Source: Lytechinus pictus (taxonomy: Eukaryota). From it: a stretch of 64,000 nt of DNA. Shown here piece by piece: positions 13,101-26,039 of this stretch. The notes beneath the pieces are model-generated. The model did not search any database, was not told the DNA's origin, and saw nothing but the letters and a program-made list of their open reading frames with translations. The DNA lies in assembly GCF_037042905.1 (NCBI RefSeq), contig NC_087251.1, positions 31,870,001-31,934,000 of the forward strand, written 5' to 3'. The stretch's first letter is position 1. Each line of letters opens with the position of its first letter. The translations under genes were made by a program, and so were the position numbers.

Positions 13101-16100
13101 TACTAAGTGTTGATGAGATGAATCTATTCAACGGGTTGTAAAACTCATTTTATCTGTAGGCATTGTAAGCCTTTTATAAAAAAGATTTGTTAATGCTTTG
13201 CCTTGTAGCACCATGATGCCCACCTGTAACTTTCAGGATATTTAGAGCTAAATTGAGAAATTGTTAATGAAATTTCAATTTCAGTAATTGTGAATGTAAC
13301 CATGCCCATTAGGCCTACATGTAACCTATCCAAACTATTGAAAATTTTTACCAATATGAATTAGTCACTTTTTCCCACTGTTTTTTTTTTTTTTTTTAGA
13401 AATGTCAACTGTAATGATTTTGATATTCACAGTATGTTAATATTTTTGGCAAAATATGTACATTCATAGTAGGCTCCTAAGAAAGTGCTGTATCACACCA
13501 AATTCAGTAAATCACCAACACTAATTTTCAGACAAAAGTACCACACAGTAATATAATATTTTCATTTCATTTTCAACATGTTATTCAGGCATACCTGTTA
13601 GTCATTTTCCTTCACTGCACTGGGAATCTGCAAAATAGCATGAAATATCAATATTTAGAACGTTTGAATTATACAGATATCTCCTCCCCAGCTATTCCAA
13701 TAGTGAGTTTGGCACTTGTTCCCCGCCTTGTTCCATATAGGCTTGTTCATCAATATTCAAAGTGACTTCAATTTTATGAATGTGAATACGATGAATTTGA
13801 ATTTGAACTCGATATGCTTTATCATTCCATTTTCAGCAATTGCACAAGCTTGGTGGAGAGGACAAAAAGTTTCTGAGGATCCTTGTTGAAGGAGGAGGAT
13901 GTTCTGGTTTTCAGTACAAATTTGAATTGGATTCTGAAATGACAGATGATGATAGGTAAGATTATTACTGGAGACTTCAATTTGTTTTGAATTTTTTATC
14001 GAAGATCAGTGTGTATGGAAAAACTCTATAAAAAGAATGTTAAATATTGGATGCACTTGAATGGTATATCAGATGTTTATGTACATTTATCAGTTTGAGT
14101 CCAATACATGTATATCTGATATACCACAAAAGAAATCCAATGTTGTTATTATTATCATTATCATTAAACCACTTTCTATGACAGCAGCAATGCATTTGGT
14201 TTAGACAAAGGCGACTTGTGTGTAGTTCTTTATGACTACAGTTGCACATGTCTATTTCACGCATTTGTATTGTGTAATGGCTTTGCAGAGTTGAATATTG
14301 TAACAATAATGCACTATTTTTTTTCTCTCTTATGATATGGGTAATGTAAACTGCAAAGGACAGGTAGGGGAAAGCGGGGCAAGTTAAGCCACCATCACCC
14401 CAGGCTAATAATGAATGAGTCGGACATTGTGGTGGTGTCTTGTATTGATGACCCATTGCATAACCCCTAACCCCACCACATTGTTTTCAACTTTGAAACA
14501 AAAAGTACTGTTTTAGAGGGAAATATACAAATTTCAGCCAAAAAAGTAAAAAAGGGTGTGAAATAGAAGTGCTTTTTACACACACACACACACACATGTC
14601 TTTAAATATGATAAAGACATAAGAACAACATTGTTAGTCCAGGTATGGATCTTCATTCTTGTCATAGTCTTTTACATGATGGATGCATAAGAAATGTGTG
14701 GATGCAAAATTATCGCATTAAGTTCGGACTAGGGTAAGTTGAGCCAGTCAACATGGGGCAAGTTTAGCCATGGTACTTCTTATTGTAATGTATATAAAAA
14801 AAACCTTAAAAAGCCATCGATATGCAGGCAGAAAGGAGCAGATTTACATGACTGTTCTTTTCCTTTTAGAGGATGTTTGTATTTATAGAGAATTAGCAAG
14901 TGAAAAGACTTTAAATGAAAAATTGACATGCTGGTTCTTCCCCCCATACATTTTGTACATAGTTTTTGTAGCTCAACTAACCCCAGAAGGCGGCTCAACT
15001 TACCCCACAGATGGGGCAAGTTGAGCCATTTGACATCTCTTTTTTCAAAGGTGACAATGACTTTCAGTGTGGGGGTAGAAATTTATATATAGGTGAAAAA
15101 AATTTCAGAAGAATTGAATTTTAAGGCAAGGTACTTATACCTACAAGATTATTAATCATATCAATTCTAACATGCAAAGAGCAAAAAGTGTCACAACTTA
15201 CCCCGCCTTCCCCTACATGTAATATGCTAACAATATTGCATACAGGCAACTGAGACAAGCAATCTTAACATGCCACATTAATTTGTATTGAAAAATCATG
15301 GATTTTCTCTAAATCTTTTTAGAAAAATATGGAAAGGCCTTGCTTGGTATAAATAACTGGAAGATAATCCACATACAACATCCAAGAATCATTGTTGTTT
15401 TGCAAAGCTTGTCCCACTAGCATTAACGAGATTACGATTGCATAGATAATAAATAAAATTGCACAAAAATGTGTATACCTGTGGCACGCTAAAGGTTAAT
15501 ACAAGGTTTAGATGTTCGTGGATACTAATAATTCATGGTATTCATGAACCAAATTGTTGGTCATGTGTAATAAACATGTAACATGATATTTTGGGTATAA
15601 TTCAAAGCAATCCAATACAGGCTTTATCCTATTTATTAAAGAAATAAAGGTGCACTGGGCTAAATGAATTTGCAGTTACACTGTAGCCTACTTACTGTGT
15701 ACAGCTTGTACACTGTATGGGCCTTTTTCTACATGTTTGAGATAAATTGAATGTGTAAGTTGTCTCTTGGAAAAATTAAACTTGAAAATATTATCTTTGA
15801 TAACAGTAAATAAATACTGGAAATTGATCATCATTATGTATTCACTTGTTAAATGGAATGTAATCATGTAGATCTTATAGCTTTTTCTTTGCACATCTAA
15901 TCTTGATTATGTCAAATCGGAAATAATACCTAAGCCAAAACATTGTTTAGACTTTATTCTATGTGATGTGTGTTTGTTCACACGTGTCTATGCTATGTCA
16001 GATGGCAATGGATTGACTATGGTATACTTGCCTTCAGGGCCATGTCTTACAAAGAGTTGTGATTGATCCAATCAACCACAACTATGGAAAGCCAGTAGTA

Positions 16101-16745
16101 TCAACATATAAATGCATGTTTGTTCAAACTGTTTTCTCGATATATATATATTAATATATTCAATGTTTTTTTTAACAATTCGGTAGTATGCTCCTCTTTG
16201 TTTGCAAAATGAAAAAGACATTGTGTAAATTTCCATTAGGAAAAATTATAAAAAATATAACACTGATTGATTTCCATATATACAGGTAATTCTGCCGAAG
16301 TCAACCTTTCATAAGTCAAGTAATCACCTAAGTCAAGCAATTTTTTTAGACCAGATAATGCAAAATCTTTTGTTTTATGTACATGTATCTCTTACAAGTT
16401 GAATTTCTCATAATTCCAACAGAAAGCTATGGTCCAAAAAGATTTAACTTACATTTAGGTGGAGTTACCTGTAGTTGAGGTTGCTTTGATCAATCACAAC
16501 TCTTTGTAAGACGGAACCTAGGTATGCCTAGATGTGTAATGAGAGCATAATGGCATTTGTTTCTATGTAGGGTGTTTGAGAGAGACGGTGCTAAGGTAGT
16601 AGTGGATGATGTATCATTAGAATACATCAAGGGTTCAACCATAGACTACCATGAAGAGCTCATCAGGTCGGCCTTTAGGGTGATGGACAATCCTGGAGCA
16701 GAGATGGGCTGTTCCTGCGGCGCTTCGTTCTCTTTCAAACTCTGA
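7082..16745 (+). CDS. ISCA2: Iron-sulfur cluster assembly 2 homolog, mitochondrial (4 coding exons, 163 aa)
   Basis: Exons 7082-7161, 10913-11030, 13837-13955 and 16571-16745 join through GT-AG introns into a 492-nt open frame. The protein has an R/S-rich N-terminus resembling a mitochondrial presequence, then [26 protein letters not shown] and [10 protein letters not shown]...GCSCGASF, giving the three conserved Cys of the HesB/IscA family with ISCA2-type motifs. Confidence 0.93.
7253..8852. mobile_element. Non-autonomous hAT-like element in ISCA2 intron 1 with an internal purine tract
   Basis: TIR CAGGGTAACCAGA / TCTGGTCACCCTG (1 mismatch); 8-bp TSD TGTGTGGG (7245-7252, 8853-8860); subterminal GGGAC and GTCCGGAC repeats. 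Confidence 0.87.
10913..11030 (+). CDS. ISCA2: ISCA2 exon 2
   Basis: ttttctttgtag acceptor; AAG|GTGAGA donor; ends [10 protein letters not shown]. Confidence 0.9.
13837..13955 (+). CDS. ISCA2: ISCA2 exon 3
   Basis: ttttcag acceptor; AG|GTAAGA donor; encodes [21 protein letters not shown]. Confidence 0.95.
14364..15216. mobile_element. MITE in ISCA2 intron 3
   Basis: ~22-bp TIR GTAGGGGAAAGCGGGGCAAGTT / AACTTACCCCGCCTTCCCCTAC; internal copies of GGGGCAAGTTGAGCCA. Confidence 0.72.
16035..16520. mobile_element. MITE containing a nested TA-flanked Tc1/pogo-like MITE (16283-16471)
   Basis: Outer TCTTACAAAGAGTTGTGATTGATC inverted ends; an uninterrupted relative lies at about 52038-52310. Inner element reads TA-CAGGTAA...TTACCTG-TA. 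Confidence 0.65.
16571..16745 (+). CDS. ISCA2: ISCA2 exon 4 (terminal)
   Basis: atgtag acceptor; encodes [35 protein letters not shown]...[12 protein letters not shown]. Confidence 0.95.
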
Positions 16746-19274
16746 CCAAAAAAGCCCCCAAATAAACTGTTGGAAGGACTTCAGCGTGATGTCTTCAAGA
16801 AATTAGGATCACAATGGATTGTTATTATCTATAATAATGTGTGAATGGGGATAGCATTGATGATGATGGTTTCTTGGAAATCACCACTGCCCGCTACGTT
16901 CTGTCTGTGCTCCTAGAACTTGTTCTGATTCATGTGATCCACTATACATGCCAACAGGCTAGATTGCCCTGCATGTCAGCTTACCCGCATTCATCAGAAA
17001 TTGTGGTTTAACCCATTTCCTATTTAGTTCTTATGGGAGGACATTTCCACAGTGAACTGTGAAACATTTGAAAACTAACCGATGAAGTTCAATTTAAAGG
17101 TGTTGTGTGCAGCAATGAAGAATAAAGTTGTATTTTAAGTGAAATATTTATACACTAGATCAATATTTGTGCAATGTATATGAAGGAGACTTAAAGATAT
17201 CAGTTACTTGTACAAGAAGAATGATTGCATGGAGACTCTGAGTGATTTTGCCCTGGAAATGCTAAAAAAGAGCCCTGGAAAAAAAAAAGGAGCCCCCAAA
17301 ATCCTAATTCATTGCAGTGTTAAAGCTTATACCTAATGTTGCAGTTTTGAAAGTAGGCCTAGCCCCTATAATAATACAAAAAAGTAATAATTTTTTGCCT
17401 GACTTCTATGTTCTACCATACACTGTATGTACTGTATGTTAGCATGCAATACACTGCCTTGAAGTCTACTACTTAACAGGGATACTCATGAATAGAGGCT
17501 CACCCCCACTCCCTGTGTTTTTTTGTTCTTCTTTTTAATGGCATTCAATATATATGTATTTTACTTTTTATTTGCAGGCTGATGTTGGCAAATATCCTTT
17601 TGCTTACATATTTGCATGTAATGATTATTGTAATCTTTATGCCAAACTTTAATATCCTTGGACTATATACATTTACAGTGTGTGTTCAACTATAGTCAAT
17701 CTTTTTTCTCTACTAAACGTTAATTGGTTAGTAGTGCTCAGTTTAATTCTATAACTCATTTTTGAACCATTAGAGGCATAAGAGCTTGTTATTTCATGAT
17801 ACTTTTAAATGTGAAGTAAAAAGGCGATTGAAATGTCAATATGATTACAACTTACATACCGTTAATATACTTTTCAGTATGGGGATGAAATGTACTGATG
17901 GACATTTGACATAATTCTTGCCAGAACATATGCAATGATTGTGGTATCATTAAATCAATAATGATTATAATCCATCAAATTGGTAATATCATTTGTTACT
18001 GGATTTTGAACAGTGTAGACAAATCAATGATTTCTCCTTTTCTGGTAAGTGGCTTAGATAAATTTGACTACCACCAATGTTGAATGCATTGATAATTACA
18101 GATGGTATTACATATTATTATTACAAATCATTATGTGTAAGGAAACAAATCAATATAGCCGATGTGAATTTATTAAATCCCCCCCCCCCAAAAAAAAAAA
18201 AAAGTGAATTTCTTACTTTTGGGTGGAATTCTTTTAATCTTGAAAATATTCTTCTGCAGTTTGGTATTGTTTATAATAATTAATATAGTGGTCAGTCAAT
18301 AAATAATTGTATTTTTATGATGGAAACTTAATGAATTAAAACTTGGCAAAATTATGTGTTAACACACCAGCTGTTTACAGATGTAGAACTGTAAATAAAA
18401 TATTAAAGTTAATTATATTTAAATCACTCTTTGTGTTTCAGAATTGATTTTTTAAGTCAAAGTAAGTGAAATATAGAATAGATATAGTTAAATAAAAGAA
18501 ATGATAAACAACAAGATGAGATAGATACATGTAGCTAAAATGAATTCATACATACAGTAAGTAAAGATTTAATAAATAAATAGATAGATACATGTATATT
18601 AATAAATAAGTAAACACGCCGGTATATAAATAAATAATAAATAGATGAATAAATATGCTAAATATATGAATGAATGAGCAAATGTTTAAATGTATCAATA
18701 AATGAATGAATGAATGAATGAATGGATGGATGGATGGATTGGTGATTGAGTAATTTGAGTGCAATTGAAATAAAGTATAATATTTGAAGCTTTAACTATA
18801 ATTTGGGGAGGGTCTAAAGGGAAATAATTCAAAGCAGTTGAAGAGGAGATATAAATTTTGAAGATCAGTCATTAAAACTAAATTGTCAATTCTATCGCTT
18901 AACTTTCAAGCTAAATTGGCTCACCTTCCATATACCATGAACCAACTAAAATTAATGAAATCATGTTTTTTTAAAAATTTGTTTAATGTTTTTATTTGTT
19001 AAAAGATTATATTTTCCATGAAATGTTGTGTTGAAATTCAATTTTATGTGTGACGTACAAACTATTTTGATATGAAAGGTAGATATTTCATTCTGATTTC
19101 TGTGCAAAAGTTAATGAAATCATTTTTTTTTTAATGTTTACAGATTATATTTTCCTTAAAAACATTTAGGTAGAAATTAATTTTCATGCTTACATATTTG
19201 CCATTCCACTAACTTAAAGTTAGAGATAAGTTTTATTACTGGCAGGACTGGGCAAATTTCTAGTTACTGAATAC

Positions 19275-19873
19275 TTAAAGGACAAGTCCACCCCAACAAA
19301 AAAATGACTTGAATAAAAAGAGAAAAATCCAACAAGCATAACACTGAAAATTTCATCAATATCGGATGTGAAATAAGAAAGTTATGACATTTAAAATTTT
19401 CGCTTAATTTCACATCCTGATCGGTATGCAAATGAGGAGACTGATGACGTCATCCACTCACTATTTCTTTCGTATTTTATTACCGGTATATGAAATATGA
19501 AATATTCTAATATTCTCCTCATTGTCACAAGAAACAATGGGTATTTCCTCCATGAACATGTGGAATTAGCATTGTTTAATACTATATGGTTCAGTCAAGT
19601 TGGTCCTTATTGTCAAATCTGTAAAAAATGAAATATTGTATAATTCAAACAATAGAAAACAAAAGAAATAGTGAGTGAGGGACATCATTGACTATCTCAT
19701 TTGCATGACACCGAGTTGTGCATATCACTGTTTTGTGAAAATAAGCGAATCTTTGAAATGTCATAACTTTCGTATTTTACATCCGATTTTGATGAAATTT
19801 TCAGTCTTATGCTAGTTTGATTTTTCTCTATTTATTCAAATCAACCCTTTTCTGGAGTGGACTTGACCTTGAA
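19275..19873. mobile_element. TTAA-flanked fold-back MITE (Kolobok-like), family A
   Basis: TTAAAGGACAAGTCCAC...GTGGACTTGACCT with long imperfect TIRs; other copies at 24712-25300, about 62419-63001, and partial at about 55219-55555. Confidence 0.75.
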
Positions 19874-19930
19874 GTTTCATATTGATTTGTTAATTCTGTA
19901 CATGTTGAATTGTTAAGCCTACCAGTATAA

Positions 19931-22344
19931 TTTTTGTCTCACCTGCATAGCAGAGTGAGACTATAGGCGCCGCTTTTCCGACGGCGACGGCGGCGTCAAC
20001 ACCAAATCTTAACCAAAGGTTAAGTTTTTGAAATGACAGCATAACTTAGAAAGTATATGGACCTAGTTCATGAAACTTGGCCATAAGGTTAATCAAGTAT
20101 TACTGTACATCCTGCCTGAGTTTCAGGTCACATGATTAAGGTCAAAGGTCATTTAGGGTCAATGAACTTTGGTCAAATTGGGGGTATTTGCTGAATTATC
20201 ATCATAACTTCGAAAGTTTATGGATCTGATTCATGAAGCTTGGACATAAGAGTAATCAAGTATCTTTGAACATCCCGTCCGAGTTTCAGGTCACATGACC
20301 AAGGTCAAAGGTTATTTAGCGTCAATGAACTTAGATCATTTTGGGGGAATCAACATCAAAATCTTAACCTAAGGTTAAGTTTTTGAAACGTCATCATAAC
20401 TAAGAAAATATATGGACCTAGTTCATGAAGCTTGGACATAAGAGTAATCAAGTATCTTTGAACATCCCGTCCGAGTTTCAGGTCACATTACCAAGGTCAA
20501 AGGTTATTTAGCGTCAATGAACTTAGATCATTATGGGGGAATCAACATCAAAATCTTAACCTAAGGTTAAGTTTTTGAAACGTCATCATAACTTCGAAAG
20601 TTTATGGATCTGATTCATGAAGCTTGGACATAAGAGTAATCAAGTATCTTTGAACATCCCGTCCGAGTTTCAGGTCACATGACCAAGGTCAAAGGTTATT
20701 TAGCATCAATGAACTTAGATCATTATGGGGGAATCAACATCAAAATCTTAACCTAAGGTTAAGTTTTTGAAATGTCATCATAACTAAGAAAATATATGGA
20801 CCTAGTTCATGAAACTTGGACATAAGAGTAATCAAACATCACTGAACATCCTGCGGGCATTTCAAGTCACATGACCAACATCAAAGGTCAATGAACTTTG
20901 GCCATAATGGGGGTATCTGTTGAATTACCATCATAACTTCGAAAGTTTATGGATCTGATTCATGAAGCTTGGACATAAGAGTAATCAAGTATCTTTGAAC
21001 ATCCCGTCCGAGTTTCAGGTCACATGACCAAGGTCAAAGGTTATTTAGCATCAATGAACTTAGATCATTATGGGGGAATCAACATCAAAATCTTAACCTA
21101 AGGTTAAGTTTTTGAAATGTCATCATAACTAAGAAAATATATGGACCTAGTTCATGAAACTTGGACATAAGAGTAATCAAACATCACTGAACATCCTGCG
21201 GGCATTTCAAGTCACATGACCAACATCAAAGGTCAATGAACTTTGGCCATAATGGGGGTATCTGTTGAATTACCATCATAACTTCGAAAGTTTATGGATC
21301 TGATTCATGAAGCTTGGACATAAGAGTAATCAAGTATCTTTGAACATCCCGTCCGAGTTTCAGGTCACATGACCAAGGTCAAAGGTTATTTAGCGTCAAT
21401 GAACTTAGATCATTTTGGGGGAATCAACATCAAAATCTTAACCTAAGGTTAAGTTTTTGAAACGTCATCATAACTTAGAAAATATATGGACCTAGTTCAT
21501 GAAACTTGGACATAAGGTTAATCAAGTATCACTGAACATCCTGTGCAAGTTTCAGGTTACATGATTAAGGTCAAAGGTCATTTAGGGTCAATGAACTTTG
21601 GTCAAATTGGGGGTATTTACTGAATTACCATCATAACTTTGAAAGTTTATTGGTCTAGTTCATAAAACTTGGACATAAGAGTAATCAAATATCACTGAAC
21701 ATCCTGTGCGCATTTCAGGTCACATGACCAACATCAAAGGTCAATGAACTTTGGCCTTAATGGGGGTATCTGTTGAATTACCATCATAACTTCAAAAGTT
21801 TATGGATCTGATTCGTGAAGCTTGGACATAAGAGTAATCAAGTATCTTTGAACATCCCGTCCGAGTTTCAGGTCACATGACCAAGGTCAAAGGTCATTTA
21901 AGGTCAATGAACTTTGGCCATGTTGGGGGTATTTGTTGAATTACCATCATAACTCTGTAAGTATATTGGTCTAGTTCATAATACTTGGACATAAGAGTTA
22001 TCAAGTATCACTGAACATCTCATGCGAGTTTCAGGTCACATGACCAAAGTCAAAGGTCATTGAACTTTGGCCATTTTAGAGGTAATTATTAGATTGCTGT
22101 CATAACTTTCAAAGTTTATAGATATAGTGTATAAAATGCGGATATAGGGGTAATCAAGTATCATTGACAAGTTATAGGTCACATGATGAAGTTAAAATGT
22201 CAATGAACGTAGTATTGTATCGTATCATTATATGAATGGTGTTTTTTGTGAATAATTATTTTATAGTAGTTTTCAAAGTCAGCACTGCTGCTATATTGAA
22301 TCGCGTGATGCAGGTTAGACCGCCAGAGGCGTTCCACTTGTTTT
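19931..22344. mobile_element. Helentron/DINE-like non-autonomous element with an internal tandem array
   Basis: Subterminal IR GTCTCACCTGCAT (19936-19948) / ATGCAGGTTAGAC (22308-22320); 3' hairpin CGCC-AGA-GGCG; T-rich flanks; about 13 units of 153, 163 or 192 bp. Degenerate relative at about 54010-54590. Confidence 0.75.
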
Positions 22345-22496
22345 GATAACATCTGCAAAATTGATTTCAAAAGTATGTTTTGCCCAAATTTGCCATGTGT
22401 TCTGATGTGCTTTGGCAGTTTATATTTAATGTATATCATTTCAAATCATGGCCATGTATTTCAGATTTAATCTAAACTCTGGTCTAAAGTTGTGGT

Positions 22497-23092
22497 TTAA
22501 AGGGATGGTCCGGGCTGAAAATATTTATATCTTAATACATAGAGTAGAATTCACTGAGCAAAATGCCGGAAATTTCATCAAAATCGGATGACAAATAATA
22601 AAGTTATTGAAGTTTAAAGTTTAGCAATATTTTGTGAAAAGAGTCGTCATGAATATTCATTAGGTGGGCTGATGATGTCACATCCCCACTTTCCGTTTTC
22701 TTATGTTATTACATGAAATTATAATTTTTTCATTATTTCATACTTGTGTGAATAATATGTCTCCCTTATAATGAAATAAGTTGCAGCAATAAATATCTAA
22801 TGCACTAAATCAGTTGTCAATCAAATTTTTCTAGTTCTTGGAGGAAAAACTTTGAATAAACCTAATTTCATATACCGGTAATAAAATACAAAAGAACAAG
22901 TGGAGATGTGACATCATCAGCCCACCTAATGAATGTTCATGACGACTGTTTTCACAAAATATTGCTAAACTTTAAAATTCAATAACTTTGTTATTTGTTA
23001 TCCGATTTTGATGAAATTTTCGGCATTTTGCTCAGTGAATTCTACTCTATTTATTAAGCTATAAAAACTTTCAGCCTGGACCATCCCTTTAA
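22497..23092. mobile_element. TTAA-flanked fold-back MITE, family B
   Basis: TTAAAGGGATGGTCC...GGACCATCCCTTTAA; relatives at 40782-41380 and truncated at 60663 to about 61062. Confidence 0.8.
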
Positions 23093-24711
23093 GTACATGG
23101 TTAGCCATTTGTGACAAAATCTTTTACCTGTTCAATAACATCATCTCTTACTCATGTCATTCATAACTGTCTGGGGAAAATAACTGAATATTTTATTTTC
23201 ACCATTGTATCACTTAGAAGAGCACAGTAAACATAAGAAACATACAATCTTGACAAAATTGGAACTTTCTTGGCTTCCCACAGCACAGATTTAGACCATG
23301 GCCTATAAATGAAACTGGACTTTAAGATACATGCCATTGTTTTTACCTCTTCTGTTTGAAAGACCAACTCATTACCCGTTACCTGTTCAAAGCCTGATAA
23401 TTTTTGACAATATAATATTGCTTACTTCTGCTATGAACCATTCTTAGGTAACAAGGGTGAAAGACAATCATATTTTGTATCTGATAAGAAACTGATTATC
23501 TTCCAAGAAATCCAATGCCATGTCAGTCAAGACAAAATACTGAGTCATACCTACTCTAGGTCCTTTCAATGATAGATCTCCTCCTTCCCCCCCCCCCCGA
23601 GTGACTTGGTTAGTGCATGCTGAATAGATCAAAGCCAGGACAGCGTATCCACCCCCTCTATGGACCGTCTGAGGCACCTCCCCCTAAAACTGTCAACAAA
23701 CCTTGGATTTGTTATAGGTAGCTATGCAAGCAATTACTTCTGAACTATTTTCTCAAGACACTGTGTATTGTGATGTGCGTGTGTTGAATGTGTGTACAGT
23801 GAGTGGATTTCTTTTCATTACTTTTTGTAAACCTTTGAGAAGGAAGGTTTCGAATGATAAATTGACCATGCAGGACCCTTTACAAGTGGAAGAAAGTTCA
23901 TCATGATCAGCTTGGATAAACTTTGGAAGATGTTTTTATCTGGATATTGGACAAGATTCTGATTTGATGAATTCAAGCTTGAAGTTGGATCACTTTATAA
24001 GGAATATAAGAAGCATCATATGTCATCTTTCTCTGTCTTCAGGTTTCAAAATATATATACGTGAACATTTTTTTGCTGATTGGTAAGTTATCAATATTTC
24101 TATTTTCTTACCACTATATAATGTTTCATATTGTTTTCTTATCTACATCTCGTATTCCCCATCTCCTTACCATCCAATTTATGCAATTTCTTAATTTCTT
24201 GCCATATAAACTTCAATTTGTTTTTATTTTGATGAATTTTAAAGGAGTACAGTATGTGTTTATGAAATTATATTTCAACTAAGACTAATACATGTATATG
24301 TTTTGCAGACAAGTTTTTTAACATACTTTTAATTGATAATTATTTGTTATATATACAACTATTAATTTGTATTGTTATTCACCTTATTATCAAATCTTAT
24401 AATTTACACTGATAAGGACCCCATTGAAGAACAGTGTGTGAATGTCACTAAGATAGGATATCCACCATTGCAAATATTTCTTGACTTTCATGCATTTACA
24501 TGCATTTACATGCATTTTATTCATGATCTTTCATATGGAAATAAAAACAAATAAAGAAACAACCCCTACTTTGACACAAGTAACTCCTTCCACAGAATGA
24601 GACAACAAACTTGAAGGAGCTGAGATTGGAGAGGATGCATTATTGCTTTCCGTAGCAATTTGTTTGAATTTGTGTAGTAAAGTACCAACAATCATTCTAA
24701 AAAAAACTTTG

Positions 24712-25300
24712 TTAAAGGACAAGTCTACCCCAACAAAGAGTTGATTTGAATAAAAAGAGAAAAATCCAACAAGAATAATACTGAAAATTTCATCAAAATC
24801 GGATGTAAAATAAGAAAGTTATGACATTTTAAACTTTCGCTTAATTCCACAAAACAGTTATATGCACATCCTGGTCGGTATGCAAATGAGGAGAATGATG
24901 ACGTCATCCACTGACTATTTCTTTTGTATTTTATTATATGAAATATTCTATTTTTCTCCTAATTGTCAAGTGAAACAACGATCAATTCATCTCTGAACAT
25001 GTGGAATTAGTATTGTTTAATGCTATATGGTTCAGTCAAATTGATCCTTATTGCCAAATCTGTAAAAAATGAAATATTGTATAATTCAAACAATAAAAAA
25101 CAAAAGAAATAGTGAGGGACATCATCGACTCCCATTTGCATGTCACTGAGTTGTGCATATCACTGTTTTGTGAAAAATAAGTGAAACTTTAAAATGGCAT
25201 AAGTTTCTTATTTTACATCTGATTTTTATGAATTTATGCTAGTTTGGTTCTTTTCTCTTTTTAGTCACATCAACATTTTCTGGGGTGGACTTGACCTTAA
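24712..25300. mobile_element. TTAA fold-back MITE, family A copy, about 400 bp upstream of the TPC3 ATG
   Basis: Near-colinear with 19275-19873. Confidence 0.78.
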
Positions 25301-25700
25301 AAAATCTAGAGGTGCTCCTGTCCTACTCCCCCTTTTCCCCAAGCCACCATCAATTAATGCTGGTAGCCTGTAATGTAGATTACTTTAAAGCAAAGAATTG
25401 TTGACCTTCATAGGCGTGCTCTTAGTTCATTTTCATATCATAGTTGTTTATCCCCACCTTCTCTGTTAATGCTGTAGATATCCAGGTGGGTGTTTCATAA
25501 AGCTGTTTGTAAGTTGCAAATGACTTGACAAACAACGAGTGATCCTTTGTTAGGAACTACATCAACACCTGAGAATATCTTGTGTGTATCATTTAACAAA
25601 AACGTACAAACAGGTATATGAAACACGCACCAGCTTAACAAAAATTTAATCTGAATTATGATGATTCTCAGCAGAGTTGTATTAAAGAACCCAGCCAAAG

Positions 25701-26039
25701 ATGGAGGCTCCTAAGGATTATGTTGATAGCTACATGCCAAAGAACAAGATCAAGCAGTCAGATGCAAAGACATCAGACAAATCCAAGGCATCGGGCAGCA
25801 CCAAGACTTCAGACGACACCAAGACAGTAGACACCGCCAAGACATCAGACAATAAAACGGACAATGCCCCGTCATCAGATAATAACAACAGTGAGGAACC
25901 GTGGTCTCCTGCGATGTCCTTGTCAGCATCACCTATGGATACAAATCTAGGAGGAGAATCAATTGAGATGGAAGTCAACGCTAATGGAAGGGCTAAAGGA
26001 AGACAATTTAGCACATCGTTACATCCTATCAAGGAGCTG
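25701..26039 (+). CDS. TPCN3: TPC3 coding exon 1
   Basis: AAGATGG start; CTG|GTGAGT donor; phase 0 joins DLLLAATYIKDA. Confidence 0.8.

Noticed and set aside
16743..17000. ISCA2 TGA as a possible Sec codon with a SECIS in the 3' UTR
   Set aside because: The TGA falls at the normal family C-terminus, and I saw no convincing SECIS stem.
20000..22200. Possible CRISPR-like array
   Set aside because: Eukaryotic context; whole units repeat with no unique spacers.
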